Source of the DNA: Eledone cirrhosa
Lineage: Eukaryota
DNA: 64,000 nt
Direction of reading: 5' to 3'
NCBI GenBank assembly: GCA_964016885.1
Contig: OZ024743.1
Coordinates: forward strand, 332,320,001-332,384,000
Position numbers and translations under genes: made by a program. Shown here piece after piece: positions 1 through 13,239 of this stretch. The notes below the pieces were generated by a model. The model saw nothing but the letters and a program-made list of their open reading frames with translations. It did no database searches and was not told where the DNA came from. Numbering within the stretch: position 1 is the stretch's first letter; the number at the start of each line of letters is the position of its first letter.

Positions 1-180
1 AAAACAACCCGGTCGAGAGCTTACTTCGATTTGTGCAGTTTTTGCGATTTTTTTGCAACTCCTTTACACATTTTGAATGCACCCGCCAAAAACAGGGGTT
101 ACCTCCCTAGCAGAGTAACCACGTGAGGTTGTGGCTTCACTAATACTTCATTTGAACCTGGTAGGTGGTAGAGAGCAAAA

Positions 181-500
181 ACCTGTTGACAAAGTGTCTG
201 CCTTGTTCAATCATTATACCAAAAGCTTACAATGAAAGCAGACAGTATACTTGATTTAGGGGTCACAGAAACCTCCCACTAGATTTTACCACAACGTTCC
301 AAGAAGGTCCAGGTAATGTTTTGTTAATCTGTTTAGCTTGCTCGTTTTTATAATGTATCTGGCCCTGATAACGTATATTAATTGCTCTGGCTTCTCCTAG
401 TCCATTGAGCGCTTGCCGGCATATCTCGAAAATTGCGTTTCGTTTTGTTTTGGCAGCCGCCGAAATACGATCTCGCTGAAATTATATTTGTATATATTTA
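181..500. repeat. Dispersed repeat of unknown class, homologous to 63300-63660
   Basis: Colinear similarity, e.g. ccttgttcaatcat...tacttgatttagg...cattgagcgcttgcc...gccgaaatacgat in both copies; both end next to TA-rich tracts. Confidence 0.75.
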
Positions 501-705
501 CATATATATATGTGCATACATACACACGCACACACATAACAAAGGTAAAATTAAATATACAGAGCTCAAAGGAAATCAGAGAATTATATATGATAATATA
601 TAATTGCCACGTCTTTTCAGAATTAGCTTGATTGGTTTGAAGGAAAAGAAGTTTTTAGGCATGAAGATTTGGAATTTGAAACAAACACAAAGTAAAGAAT
701 CAAGT

Positions 706-786
<81 letters not shown>

Positions 787-900
787 TATACACATATATA
801 TATATATACATATATATATACATATATATGCATATATATACATATATATACATATATGTATATATATGCATATATATGTATATATATATGTATGTATATA

Positions 901-941
<41 letters not shown>

Positions 942-1056
942 TTGATTCTTTACTTTGTGTATATATATGTATATATATGTGTGTGTATATATATATATAC
1001 ATATATATACATATATGTATATATATATATACACACACATATATATACATATATAT

Positions 1057-1130
<74 letters not shown>

Positions 1131-1622
1131 AAAACTTAGCTTTTAAATCATATTTTTTTTAATTCTCCCATATATATACTTGATTATATATTTAAATATC
1201 TATCTATTGGGTCGTCAAGTACGAAATTTGTAGTGAGGCATTAACAAACTTTGTTTTTTCTACAAATTTCATACTTGACAACCCAATATATTGAGACTCT
1301 TTTCCTACTACATCAAGCGTTAAACTAATATATTTCTTCATTGTACTGTGTCGTTTGGTTTGTTATTTCAGTTTGCCTTTTGCATATATATATATATATA
1401 TACATAGAGAGAGAGAGGGAGCAGAGAGAGAGAGAGAGAGGCTAACCCAAGGATTGAACTCACGATCAGGAGATTGGCTGATGTACGTTATTCTTAACCA
1501 ATGATTATATTGGTCATAACCTCATACCCTACAACTGCCTGGAGCATTAAATACATACATACATACATACATACATACATACATACATACATACATACAT
1601 ACATACATACATACATACATAC

Positions 1623-2091
1623 ATGGTGGCTGCCAACTCGTTTTCGAGTACGGCCACTACTTTATATCCATGTAGGAGAACCCCTACCAATGCGCTGAAC
1701 GAGTGTGACTTTTTAGTCCAGCCAGCGACTTGAAAACTCTGGTACAAACACTACACTTGTGACAATTATTGACACATAGTGCTGGGCCCATGGTACCATG
1801 TGACGACAAGTGCAGAGAGATCTCCAGATATAAAGCAATGCCTGTGCTGTGAAGCTTTTATAGTGAGCAAAGGCACTGCACAAAGCCAGTCCCACTCTCT
1901 TAACCAAGATGATATTTACCAAAAAGAAGAACAATTCAACATCATTGGATACCATCAGGGTTGCAGGTGTTATATCAGAGTTTTCCTTCTCCTAGAATTC
2001 TGCCTTGACAAAGGCTAAGTGGTCATCTCTCCCGATGATTTTGGATGGCTATTGACTCTTAAGAGCCCCTTTGCCTCAAAAGGCAAAGGGA
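1623..2091 (-). mobile_element. Non-autonomous bipartite RTE-like element, truncated copy
   Basis: Near-identical to 2117-2570. Minus strand encodes a C2H2-like remnant (CSVCTRVFKSLAGLKSHTR) and ends in a (TGTA)n tail. Confidence 0.7.
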
Positions 2092-2116
2092 CATACATAC
2101 ATACATATATACATAC

Positions 2117-2724
2117 ATGGTGGCTGCCAACTCGTTTTCGAGTACGGCCACTACTTTATATCCATGTAGGAGAACCCCTACCGAAGCGCTGAACGAGTGT
2201 GACTTTTAGTCCAGCCAGCGACTTGAAACCTCTGGTACAAACACTACACTTGTGACAATTATTGACACATAGTGCTGGGCCCATGGTACCATGTGAGGAC
2301 AAGTGCAGAGAGATCTCCAGATATAAAACAATGCCTGTGCCATGAAGCTTTTATAGTGAGCAAAGGCACTGCACAAAGCCAGTCCCACTCTCTTAACCAA
2401 GATGATATTTACCAAAAAGAAGAACAAGTCAACATCATTGGATACCATCAGGGTTGCAGGTGTTATATCAGAGTTTTCCTTCTCCTAGAATTCTGCCTTG
2501 ACAAAGGCTAAGGGGTCATCTCTCCCGGTGATTTTGGATGGCCATTGACTCTTAAGAGCTCCTTTGCCCTTTGACAGGTTTTGTTTTTAGTCCTGCAGGA
2601 TGTCCAAAGTCACCCTCCTCACCAAGAAACCTTGGTGGGGTTGCCAGTTTAGTCGCCAACGACCCGACCATGAGACAGGTTGTACTGGGATACATGTTAC
2701 CAGTAGCACCAACTGGTGACCTGA
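2117..2724 (-). mobile_element. Non-autonomous bipartite RTE-like element, longest copy (~600 bp)
   Basis: RTE-type 5' region (gagttttccttctcctag...gcct on +) joined to a zinc-finger remnant and (TGTA)n tail; four copies in the window. Confidence 0.7.
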
Positions 2725-2816
2725 CATGTATGTATGCATGTATGTATATACATACATACATACATGCATACATACACATATGCATACATACATATATGCA
2801 TGCATACATACATACA

Positions 2817-3095
2817 TACTCTCGGGTTATCTCCGTTGATTTTTTTTAAAAACCAGAATTTATCGTTTAGTTTACATATTGTGACCTTAACCCATGCTAT
2901 TTGTGTTATAACATATGGGATTTCTAGTAATGTACTTTTTTTGTCATGTGTCATACTTTTTAATATATAAAGAAAATTAATTGACGCGGGAATGCTACTA
3001 CTTAAAATAAAATTTCGCCGGAGATAGATTAGGTGTGGGGTAAAAAAATCTGAAAAAATAATAAGCGACAGATGTGGGGGCATAATTCGAGACAA
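2817..3095. repeat. Dispersed repeat, inverted homolog of 31235-31490
   Basis: Shared segments such as gatttctagtaatgtac / gtacattactagaaatc and agaaaattaattg / caattaattttct. Confidence 0.65.
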
Positions 3096-3119
3096 ACATA
3101 TATACATATAAATAACGAT

Positions 3120-4790
3120 TTATGTAATTGTTACAAAATGGCAAAAAATTCCCTCCGTGGGCTATATGAACAGAATGAAGCTATATTGGGACAGAATACA
3201 TCCAGAGCTAAATCACTTCACAACCAAACAAGCATCATTTTTTAACTGTAAAAATAACATTAACATTATTCATTGTAAGTCCCCAGATCGAACATATAAT
3301 CAACACATACTACAGGTACTACAGGTCGCCATGTTACTAGACTTTCTAGCAGGAAGGTTGACCATCAACAAACAACAGCAATACACAAACAGTTCCTTGA
3401 AACAACTATGTCTGTAAGAAATTTGACACTACATGTATCAATTGATTCTACTTCGACTGTCGTGGAAAATATTGTTAATAATAATACACCTGCCATTAGC
3501 TGGGAAAACCAAGAATGTAAACAATTGAAATATACCCTCAGCGAAACTGTACAGAGAGAAATCAATTCATGTATAAACATTTCTCTCGCGGAACGTAATA
3601 AAACAACACTACTAAGCAAAATGAAACCAAATAATATCCAGCGTGCTATCGATGAAATTGGGGGCGAATATTTACGACGAATTAAACCCCTACATTTTGG
3701 CAAATCAACGTCTGTTTATATGCCCTGGCAACGATAGTGAAACATTATCTTGGTGATAGCAGAGATATTAACAAGAACCAAACACCACCAAAAATACCAT
3801 CATATATAACTAAAATAGAACAAAACATTGTTGACCTACGAAAAACTATAGGATATGTGACAATGCTCCTTACAACAAATACAAAAAAAAACCTCACTCC
3901 TCACCAACAAAGAGTGAAAAATACAATAGAAACTATGTTTGGTAACAGTAGAACCAGAACTCTTCAATATAAGCTGATCACCCTCAAACAAGAATTGAGA
4001 GCTGTTAGCGAGAAACGTCGATACCTGAAGAAGGTAGATGAAAGAGAAGTACTTAATAAAAGATTCAGACGAAAACAAACATCAGTCTATAGAGAAATGA
4101 AGGGTAAAGTAATAAATGTCATTGAGGCTCCATCCCAGAAAAACATAGATTCCTTCTGGAGAAAAAATATGGGATAAAAAGAAGAAATTCAACCAAGATG
4201 CATTGTGGCTAAAAAACAATGCAAACGAACTATTGCTCCTACACCACAACAAAAATAAACAGAATAAATTATGATACCCTTGAGACTGTGATCCGAAAAC
4301 TCCAAGATAAGAAATCACCAGGAAGAGACTTGATTGTCGGCTACTAGTACAAAAAAACTGATATTCTATCGGATGTATTTTATCAACTTCTACCAGCAAG
4401 CTCCCAAGAGAGATGTACATATACAAGAGTGGTTGGCATTGGCACAAACAATATTGGTCCCCGAGAACAAAGACACCCACTTGGCAAAAACTACCGAGCC
4501 ATTGCATGCCAGAAATCTAATGTATAAAATGTATATAGGCTGCCTGACCTATTTCTCCAAGATCACTGTGACAATAATATCATCACAGATGAGCAGGCAG
4601 CTGGGAAGAAAGGTGTTTGGGGGTGTGCTGGACAACTCCTGATTAACAAAACCACGATGTCAGGAGTGTGACAACTTAAGAGAAATATGGTTACAGTTTG
4701 GCTGAACTACAGGAAAGCATTCGATTCTGTTCCCCACTCTTGGATGTTAGACTTGTTAAAATCGCAGACACTATTATCAGAGCCATAGAG
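3120..4790 (+). mobile_element. Degenerate R4/Dong-like non-LTR retrotransposon (N-terminal region plus start of RT)
   Basis: Frameshifted ORFs 3157-4642. Motifs GYMNRMKLYWDRIHPEL, AQTILVPENKD, NLMYK, EQAAGKKGVWGC, WLNYRKAFDSVPHSW are typical of R4/Dong RTs. Confidence 0.8.
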
Positions 4791-4851
4791 AAGTTATCTT
4801 CTTCTTGGGCTACTATCCTAAAGGCAAAGCTAAAATAACAATAATAATAAT

Positions 4852-5200
4852 GTTTCTACTTTTGGCACAAGACCAGCAATTACCCCAGTTCATACTGGTA
4901 CTTTATTTTAACCACCCCGTAAGGATGAAAGGCAAAGTTAACCTCGCCGGGATTTTAACTCAGAACATAAAGGGCTATAACTCTATGCTGTAGTAAAGCA
5001 TGGTGTCTGACAATAATAATAATTATTTGTACTTTTGGCACAAGGCCAGCAATTATCCAGTGTATTACTGATACTTTATTTTATCGACCACGTAAGGATG
5101 AAAGGCAAAGTTAACCTCGGCGGGATTTGAACTCAGATCATAAAGGGACGTAATTCTATGCGTCAAAGCATGGCGTCCGACTCTCTACCGATACTGCCAA
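4852..5200 (-). mobile_element. Two tandem tRNA-headed SINE copies (family A)
   Basis: Reverse complement of A box (tggcagtatcggt), B box (gagttcaaatccc) and the core gcctttcatccttacggggtcgataaaataaagtaccagt. Confidence 0.9.
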
Positions 5201-5439
5201 CAATAATAATAACGATGATTTTTTTTTTATTTACATCAAGATGGCACAAGACGAAAATATAGAGTAGAGCACTATCTCTGTAAGAATGATATCCCTCTGT
5301 AAGAATGATAAGCTGTAAATTATATTCAATGTGGTGTGTTAACTGGCTTACCAATGTATACAATGAATTTATTGCCCTAGGTGCCAGGAAGACTCTCGGC
5401 ATATATCAGAAACAATACTGAAGGAAAAGGATAAAAACA

Positions 5440-6686
5440 ATAATAATAATAATGATTTCTTTATTAGTCACACAGGGCTCACATCAAGGAAACATTAAAG
5501 ACGGTACGGGACTATACAGTATGGGTTTTTCTTTGTGTAAAATAAAATTTATAAAAGAGACTAAGAAAATAAGCATTTAAAACATGCATAACTTTCCCAA
5601 AGGTGAGGAAACTCTAAGAGTCACTTGTGTAGAAATCCCACAACAACCACGGTAACCCTGTCCACTAGGGCAAAGTGCCCTCTCCCAGTCTTTCTACTCC
5701 AATCTACAGGCATATGCTCAAGGCAGGCCCATTCACACGGACCATGTTCGCCACTCTCACCCACATTTCAACAAACTAGTTGGAAGGCAACACTTCTTTC
5801 TCCACCCTGATTTTCCTCTTCAAGTGAAATCTGAAAAAGTTAATCAGAGATTCGCCAAAGAAGAAGATGGCTGTCTTCAAGCCTTTCAAACGCGTCCACC
5901 ACACGACCTCTTTCGCCATGGCCACTAGGCAGATAAAAACTGCCTGTCCTTCTCCTCTAAAGGGGGACGGCGAGGCGATCTTCACAATGGACTCGGTTGA
6001 TAGTCGGATCCGTCCTACACGTAACAGCAGGTGCTCAACATAAACCCATAGGTCAGAAATATTTGGACACTCGACGAGTGGATGTAGAACGGTTTCGTCG
6101 CTCTGTGTGCACCTCGGACAAGCCCGATTGACGGCCCTTCCATGCCAGTAGAGTTTTTCCCGAACTGGCAAAGCTCCTCGGTAGCACTGCCAGGCCAGGG
6201 ATTTCTGGAAGTTACCCATGGGCCCTGGTCCGAAAGTTCTCCCGAAGAGATTGACTAGTTGATTTTCATCGATGCCCAAAGTCTCCCCAAGGACGTCGTT
6301 GCTATTTCCCTCCTCTAAACCTTTATAGAACGCTAAGGTGGAGTTTCCACCGATCGCAGCACCCGACTGATCGAGGGCTGTGAGCGCCTGAAGACATTCC
6401 AGTCTCCAAACGCTTCCTCTCGCTCTTCGCTTGACCCAGGACTGCAGTTCTGTCAAGGAGACGAACTGGAGAATTGTGTCTAGCAAACACAACCTGAGCG
6501 CATGTCTGCGCATCATCAGCCAAGGCTTGCCCAGCCCTCCATGTAGCGGGCGTTGACAGGTAGACCTCTTGACCATTGGAGCGCGTCCCTTCCACAAAAA
6601 GCAAAAGAGCAGACGCTCCAGTGCAGTCAGGCGAGGCTTAGGTCAAGGTACAACTGTCAGGAGGTAGAAGATGACGGATTCGATGT

Positions 6687-6690
<4 letters not shown>
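5440..6690 (-). mobile_element. 3' end of a Tx1/L1-clade LINE (zf-RVT domain, 3' UTR, (ATT)n tail)
   Basis: ORF 5776-6597 contains WQCYRGALPVREKL...CPRC...ETVLHPLVEC (CCHC zf-RVT); minus strand ends aataaagaaatc(att)n. Confidence 0.85.
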
Positions 6691-6727
<37 letters not shown>

Positions 6728-7613
6728 TCTCTGTGTGTGTGTAGGGGGGGGGGTGTAAATTCGTTTTTAAAAATAAAAACTGGCAAGAAGTAGGTGGAGA
6801 AGTTAAACCAGCTCAAAATACGGTAATTTATTATAATAAAAAGTGCATAAGGCTATCATACATCTTTTAAAATGTTCAATCTAAACTATAATAAAGTAAG
6901 AAGCGCGGGACTGCGTACGGTTTATAATTTTTTATTCCATTAGTAAAATAAGTTGGATTACTTTGAATAAATAATGAATGAATATTACATAATTTATTTA
7001 CTAAATTTCGTGACTGTTCATTAAATATATTTTATTATTTATTTAAAGATTCACTTCTTTAAAATTTTCAAATGTCAACACTTCCGGTGGCGATCGCTTA
7101 AATAAACATATTAATTTTCTGTCACTAATTTTCTCCTAATGCAGTTAAGATATAATATCGTCTTTTTTTTTAATGTATCATGGATTACGTTACTGATTAC
7201 ACAACACAGTCTTCGTTCAATTTCTGTGTATATTGTCAATTACGATTTTATTTGACGTATCATATCTACATGTATATACACTTGCGTATAATATCAATAT
7301 ACACACTACACATGCTAGCAGAAAACCACTCGAAGGGTGGTTTTTCTGCTAGTATATATAATGAAGTAAAAGCAACAGGTTAGAATTTACTTCATTTATT
7401 CATTATACAATCACTGTTAGTGGTAAGAAACTCCCAGTAAAGCTGGACAGCAGAACTCCCCACCCCATCCCACCTCACCACACCTCAAGCGAGTGTTTCG
7501 ACCTTTAACTTCTTACACTCTAAGGAAGGCCGAGCCGCATCCAAGTCATGTCTCCTGGGTGCCCTTCTGCATGCGAATACGGACACTTGCTTTGTATTTA
7601 AACCATATGGAGG

Positions 7614-7673
<60 letters not shown>

Positions 7674-7957
7674 CTACATACATACAGGATATTGTTGATA
7701 ATCTGCCAAGTTCCTATGTTACACTTTGCAACTTAAAAGCTGACTATCCTTCTCCTCCTCCTCCTCCTCCTCCTCCTCCTCATCATCATCATCATCATCA
7801 TCGTCAACAACAAAAACCATCACCTCAATCACCACATCCACCATGACCCCCACCATCACCACACCATTGCCAAATACTGGTGATTCCAAACATCAGGGCT
7901 ATTTTTGCTTTTGGGAAATAACTATAAATTAAACACACACATACACACATACACACA

Positions 7958-8002
<45 letters not shown>

Positions 8003-8159
8003 GCGCGCGGACATGGACACACAGACACTTCTTCCCCCTTTCTCTCTATCTTCTTTCTGCGTTTTTTACAATGCTTTTTTGTGTTTCATGCCGATGGTGT
8101 CCCTGGGTAATTCTTTTTATTTGCTTTTATTTGCTTCAGGAGTCACCAAAAAAAACCTA

Positions 8160-8885
8160 TCAAGTGCTGTGGTCAATTTAACAAAGTGCATTGCAGTATT
8201 TCCTTACGACCCACTATGTTCTGAGCTCAAATCTCGCTGAGCTCAACTTTACCTTTTATCCTTCCTTGGTCGATAGAATACCAGTCAAGTACTGGAGTCG
8301 ATATAATCAATTTCCCCTTCCCCAAATATCTGGCTTTGACTCCATACTACGCAGCATAGAGATACGTCCCTTTACGATCTCAGTTCAAATCGCGCTGAGG
8401 TTAGTTTTGCCGATCATCCTTACGGGATCGATAATATAAACTACTGGTAACACACTGGGGTCAATTTAATCGACTTTGCCCTCCCCCATAATTGTTGGCC
8501 TCGTTCCTAAATCAGAAATTATTATTATTTTTTTAGCTAAGTACTTTAAATTAATGTCAGATGATTTTCAATGATGTTATGTGCCCCAACTGCTTTCAGT
8601 AGCGAACAATTGGCAGTTCATTAGGCTAGACCTTTCATGTTTAGTGTCTTAACGTAATACTTTACATCTTTTATTCACAGTTGCATAAAAATATAATATA
8701 ATTGTTTCTACTTTAGGCACAAGGCCAGCAATTACCCAGTAAAATTACTGGTACTTTATTTTATCGACCCCGTAAGGATGAAAGGCAAAGTTAACCTCGG
8801 CGGGATTTGAACTCAGATTGTAAAGGGACGTAACTATGCTAGAAAGCATGGCGTCCAACCCTCTACCGACACTGCCAATTCACCG
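8160..8885. mobile_element. Cluster of family-A SINEs (two diverged + copies, one - copy at 8703-8885)
   Basis: Family-A core and B-box motifs. Confidence 0.85.
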
Positions 8886-9206
8886 AATGCTTACAGAACG
8901 AAAACACAAACACATATAATTGATACAAATATATACGTATAAAAGAAAGATAAAAAAATAATAAGAAAAAAGAAGAAAAAAGGGGGTGGCAATTCACCAC
9001 CAAGTGTGACAATCAGCCGCACATCATAAGGGTTAACTGAACAGTTTAAGGCAAGCCAACGCGTTCGCAGCATTGCCACGGGTGACGGCGAGGCTAAGCG
9101 GCTGAAACAATCAGGTACACTCACGAGCATCACCTGACACCTTCCGTGATGTGGGGGAGGGGAGCAAAAGAGTCACTGATTGTGGGGCCCCAGATGAGAC
9201 ACCTAC

Positions 9207-10796
9207 CTGGTGTCAGAATATGAAACGGTGATGGCTACTAATCTGTGTTGAATGTCTTAACCATCCAAAGACACTGGTGTCAAAATATGAAACAGTGATG
9301 GCTACGAGCCTGTGTTGAATGTCTTAATCATCCAAAGACACTGGTGTCAAAATATGAAACAGTGATGGCTACCAGTCTGTGTTTAGTGCCTTAACCATCC
9401 AAAGACACTACACTGGTGTCAGAATATGTAGCAGTGATGGCTACCAGTCTGTGTTGAATGTCTTAACCATCCAAAGACACTACACTGATGTCAGAATATG
9501 AAACAGTGATGGCTACCAGTCTGTTTTGAATGTCTTAACCATCCAAAGACACTACACTGATATCAGAATATGAAACAGTGATGGCTACCAGTCTGTGTTG
9601 AATGTCTTAATCATCCAAAGACACTACACTGGTGTCAGAATATGAAACAGTGATGGCTACCAGTCTGTGTTTAGTGCCTTAACCATCCAAAGACACTACA
9701 CTGGTGTCAGAATATGAAACAGTGATGGCTACCAGTCTGTGTTGAATGTCTTAATCATCCAAAGACACTACACTGGTATCAGAATATGAAACAGTGATGG
9801 CTACCAGTCTGTGTTTAGTGCCTTAACCATCCAAAGACACTACACTGGTGTCAGAATATGAAACAGTGATGGCTACCAGTCTGTGTTTAGTGCCTTAACC
9901 ATCCAAAGACACTACAATGGTGTCAGAATATGAAACAGTGATGGCTACCAGTCTGTGTTGAATGTCTTAATCATCCAAAGACACTACACTGGTGTCAGAA
10001 TATGAAACAGTGATGGCTACCAGTCTGTGTTTAGTGCCTTAACCATCCAAAGACACTACACTGGTGTCAGAATATGAAACAGTGATGGCTACCAGTCTGT
10101 GTTTAGTGTCTTAACCATCCAAAGACACTACACTGGTGTCAGAATATGAAACAGTGATGGCTACCAGTCTGTGTTTAGTGCCTTAACCATCCAAAGACAC
10201 TACACTGGTGTCAGAATATGAAACAGTGATGGCTACCAGTCTGTGTTTAGTGTCTTAACCATCCAAAGACACTACACTGGTGTCAGAATATGAAACAGTG
10301 ATGGCTACCAGTCTGTGTTTAGTGTCTTAACCATCCAAAGACACTGGTGTCAAAATATGAAACAGTGATGGCTACCAGTCTGTGTTGAATGTCTTAACCA
10401 TCCAAAGACACTGGTGTCAAAATATGAAACAGTGATGGCTACCAGTCTGTGTTTAGTGTCTTAATCATCCAAAGATATTACACTGGTGTCAGAATATGAA
10501 ATAGTGATGGCTACGAGTTTGTGTTGAATGTCTTAACCATCCAAAGACACTACACTGGTGTCAGAATATGAAACAGTGATGGCTACCAGTCTATGTTTAG
10601 TGTCTTAACCATCCAAAGACACTACACTGGTGTCAGAATATGAAACAGTGATGGCTACCAGTCTATGTTTAGTGTCTTAATCATCCAAAGACACTACACT
10701 GGTGTCAGAATATGAAATAGTGATGACTACCAGTCTGTGTTGAATGTCTTAACCATCCAAAGACACTAGACTGGTGTCAGAATGTGAAACAGTGAT
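9207..10796. repeat. 72-bp minisatellite, about 22 units (some 67 bp)
   Basis: Unit ctggtgtcagaatatgaaacagtgatggctaccagtctgtgtttagtgtcttaaccatccaaagacactaca; units start at 10061 and 10133 (period 72). Confidence 0.97.
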
Positions 10797-12030
10797 TCCT
10801 ACGTCAGATTCTGTATTGTGTTTTATTGGAGGGTACAAAATAGAGAAATTACGTAAAATCATATCATCTAATAATATATGAAACTGAACAAGATATGGTT
10901 GAATAAGAAACAAGCACACTCTCAAATTTAATGGTAATATCACATTAAGAAGAAAATACCACATATTTATTGAATGATAAAACAAAACTAAGTTATTTTT
11001 GTTGTTGTCTTCGGAAGCCATGTTTTTTTTTTATTTCACCGATGGGGAAAACATTCCACAATCTATAAATCTTTAGCTAAATTGGTTACATAAATGATGA
11101 AACTTTTTCGTCGATAATGTTGGAGAATATTACGAAAAAGCTAACATTTTTCAAATATTTATACATTTACGTTGTCTTACATTAAGCCATTGATTCAAAC
11201 ACAACGAAAATTAAGAGTTTAGAATGGAGCATTTAGAGCAAACAAATTTGATTTCCTTACATATTCTACTTGTTCGATACGTAAGCGACCTGCAAAATGT
11301 TCTGAATAAAAGAATAAACCTTTGGCTTTTGTGCTGATGACAATATGCAAAACGCCATAAATGAGGAAGTGTCTGTGGATATCTAAACACAATAACAACT
11401 AGCTTGTTTATTGTTGCTGTTGTTGTTGCTGTTACTGTTGTTATTGTTACTGTTTTTTTTGTTTTGTTTTGTTGCTTGCTACTGTTGCTGCTCTTATTGT
11501 TTTATTTTTGTGCTTGTTAATGTATTTTTTTAGTTTTTTGTTTTTATAGATAAACATAATTTTCAAAAATAGGTCCTGCTGTTAGTTATGTCTTTGTAGC
11601 GTTAATGGCTTCTCCATTTTCTCATAATTACTCGAGCAACGAAATCAAAAATATGATAAAAGTATATCTATTTCAAATAATGCACATTATAAACATTAAA
11701 AGGAAGAGAATTGATCGCCAGATCGAACTAAGAAAACAACGTTTCCATTGGTCTTTCCATTACCAGTACTATCTGCTTGTCGTAACTGTTAACAGAAAAC
11801 AGCAGGATTTGAACTCTGAATGTACAGAACTGGATCAGATAACACAAAACAACCAGCCTGACTCTTTAACAATTCTGCCAATCAACTGCTCCTTAGAATG
11901 GTACTTTACTTATCGACCACGAAAAGGTGAGAGGTAAAGTTGACGATTTTAGTTAAGTTGTTCTGGTTTGTGTTTGATATGAAGAGCGTTTGACTATAGA
12001 TATTGTTCGTAGATGAAAGTATGAGGGTGC

Positions 12031-12077
12031 TTGTCATCTGATGATCAGTTAAATAACCATGAAACTTGTAAAGGCAA
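12031..12077 (+). ncRNA. Candidate minimal type-I hammerhead ribozyme (decayed stems)
   Basis: ttgtcat-CTGATGA-tca-gtta-aa-taac-cat-GAAA-C-tt-G-TA-aaggcaa; core intact, stems imperfect. Confidence 0.5.
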
Positions 12078-12199
12078 TCTTTTATGGGGTTGGGAATTCT
12101 GTGTACAAAGAGAATAACAGAATGGTTTCGCATTTTTCCACGTTTCCACAACTTGGCTTATAAGTTGTAATTATATCTACATAAGATTTAACATTGCAC

Positions 12200-12665
12200 A
12201 GGCCGATTCCCCGCCGTTCAGAACGACGTCATCAAGAAGAGACTCGACGCAGTCAGCTTCCAATCTCAACAGGATCCAGCTGGCTATGGCCGTAGCAATT
12301 GTAAGCGTCCCGACGGAATAACCCTCATCCCGTTCCAGGGAAGTAAATCCCTAATCTGGGACGCGACGTGTTGCGACTCGTTCTCTGCCTCCAACGTTGT
12401 CACTTCGGCTGCACACCTGGGCACTGCAGCCCATGATACCGAGGAGATGAAGATAAACAAATACCGGGCGCTTGTCCTTTCACTTCCTTTTCATACCGGT
12501 CACCGTCCAGGCCTGTGTTGTCTTTGGTCCCCACACCGCTGATCTCGTCCGCAAAATCGTAAAGACAGCATGCAACCCGCCTGAGGAAAGAGTCCCATGT
12601 AGCTGGGTGGCTGTTGCAGCGTGTGTCGCTGGTCATTCTCTGTGGCAGTGCCTTCGCCATTCTGT
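12200..12665 (+). mobile_element. CRE-clade-like non-LTR fragment (restriction-like endonuclease)
   Basis: Manual translation: NDVIKKRLDA...KRPDGITLIPFQGSKSLIWDATCCDSF, the PD...D motif of CRE-type REL domains. Confidence 0.8.
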
Positions 12666-12795
12666 CTGAGGGGCACGGCCGAATCACCACTTAGATAGGG
12701 ATGTAGAGTCTCTCTTTCGCTTTCCTTTTTCTTTTCTTTTTCTTTCTTTTAAATATCATTTCTTAATTATAAATATTATTATGTTATTGAAAACT

Positions 12796-12968
12796 CTTGG
12801 CTGTAAAGCAGAGTCTGACGCCATGCTTTATAGCAAAGAGTTACGGCCCTTTATGGTCTGAGTTCAAATCCCGCCGAGGTTAACTTTGCCTTTCATCCTT
12901 ACGGGTTCGATAAGATAAAGTACCAGTAATGCACTGGGGTAATCGCTGGCCTTGTGCCAAATGTAGAA
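12796..12968 (+). mobile_element. Family-A SINE with ~31-bp target-site duplication
   Basis: Flanks aattataaatattattat(g/a)ttattgaaaact at 12765-12795 and 12969-12999. Confidence 0.85.
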
Positions 12969-13239
12969 AATTATAAATATTATTATATTATTGAAAACTG
13001 ACATAAAATGATGACGATGATAATGATGATGATGTGAAATAAATTGAAGTTATTTGAATTTGTAATTGAATCTAATGAACCTTTTACCACTTAGTTTGAG
13101 AAGGAAAGGCAGCATTGGCCTTAATCCTGGCAGTAATGTTTATTATAGAGAGACCAGGTGGCGGTGGTGTTAAATAGAACAATGGATTAAGTCCACAACA
13201 TCTCCTGTGAAGTCCTAGTAAATCTGTCAATCTATGACC

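Noticed and set aside
9207-10796. CRISPR array or repetitive protein
   Set aside because: Contiguous tandem units without unique spacers, no cas genes, and no long ORF in the six-frame track
11327-11362. Hammerhead at gtgCTGATGAcaatatgcaaaacgc
   Set aside because: No GAAA and no valid cleavage triplet; the ctgacga at 58071 and ctgatga at 54039 also lack the 3' core
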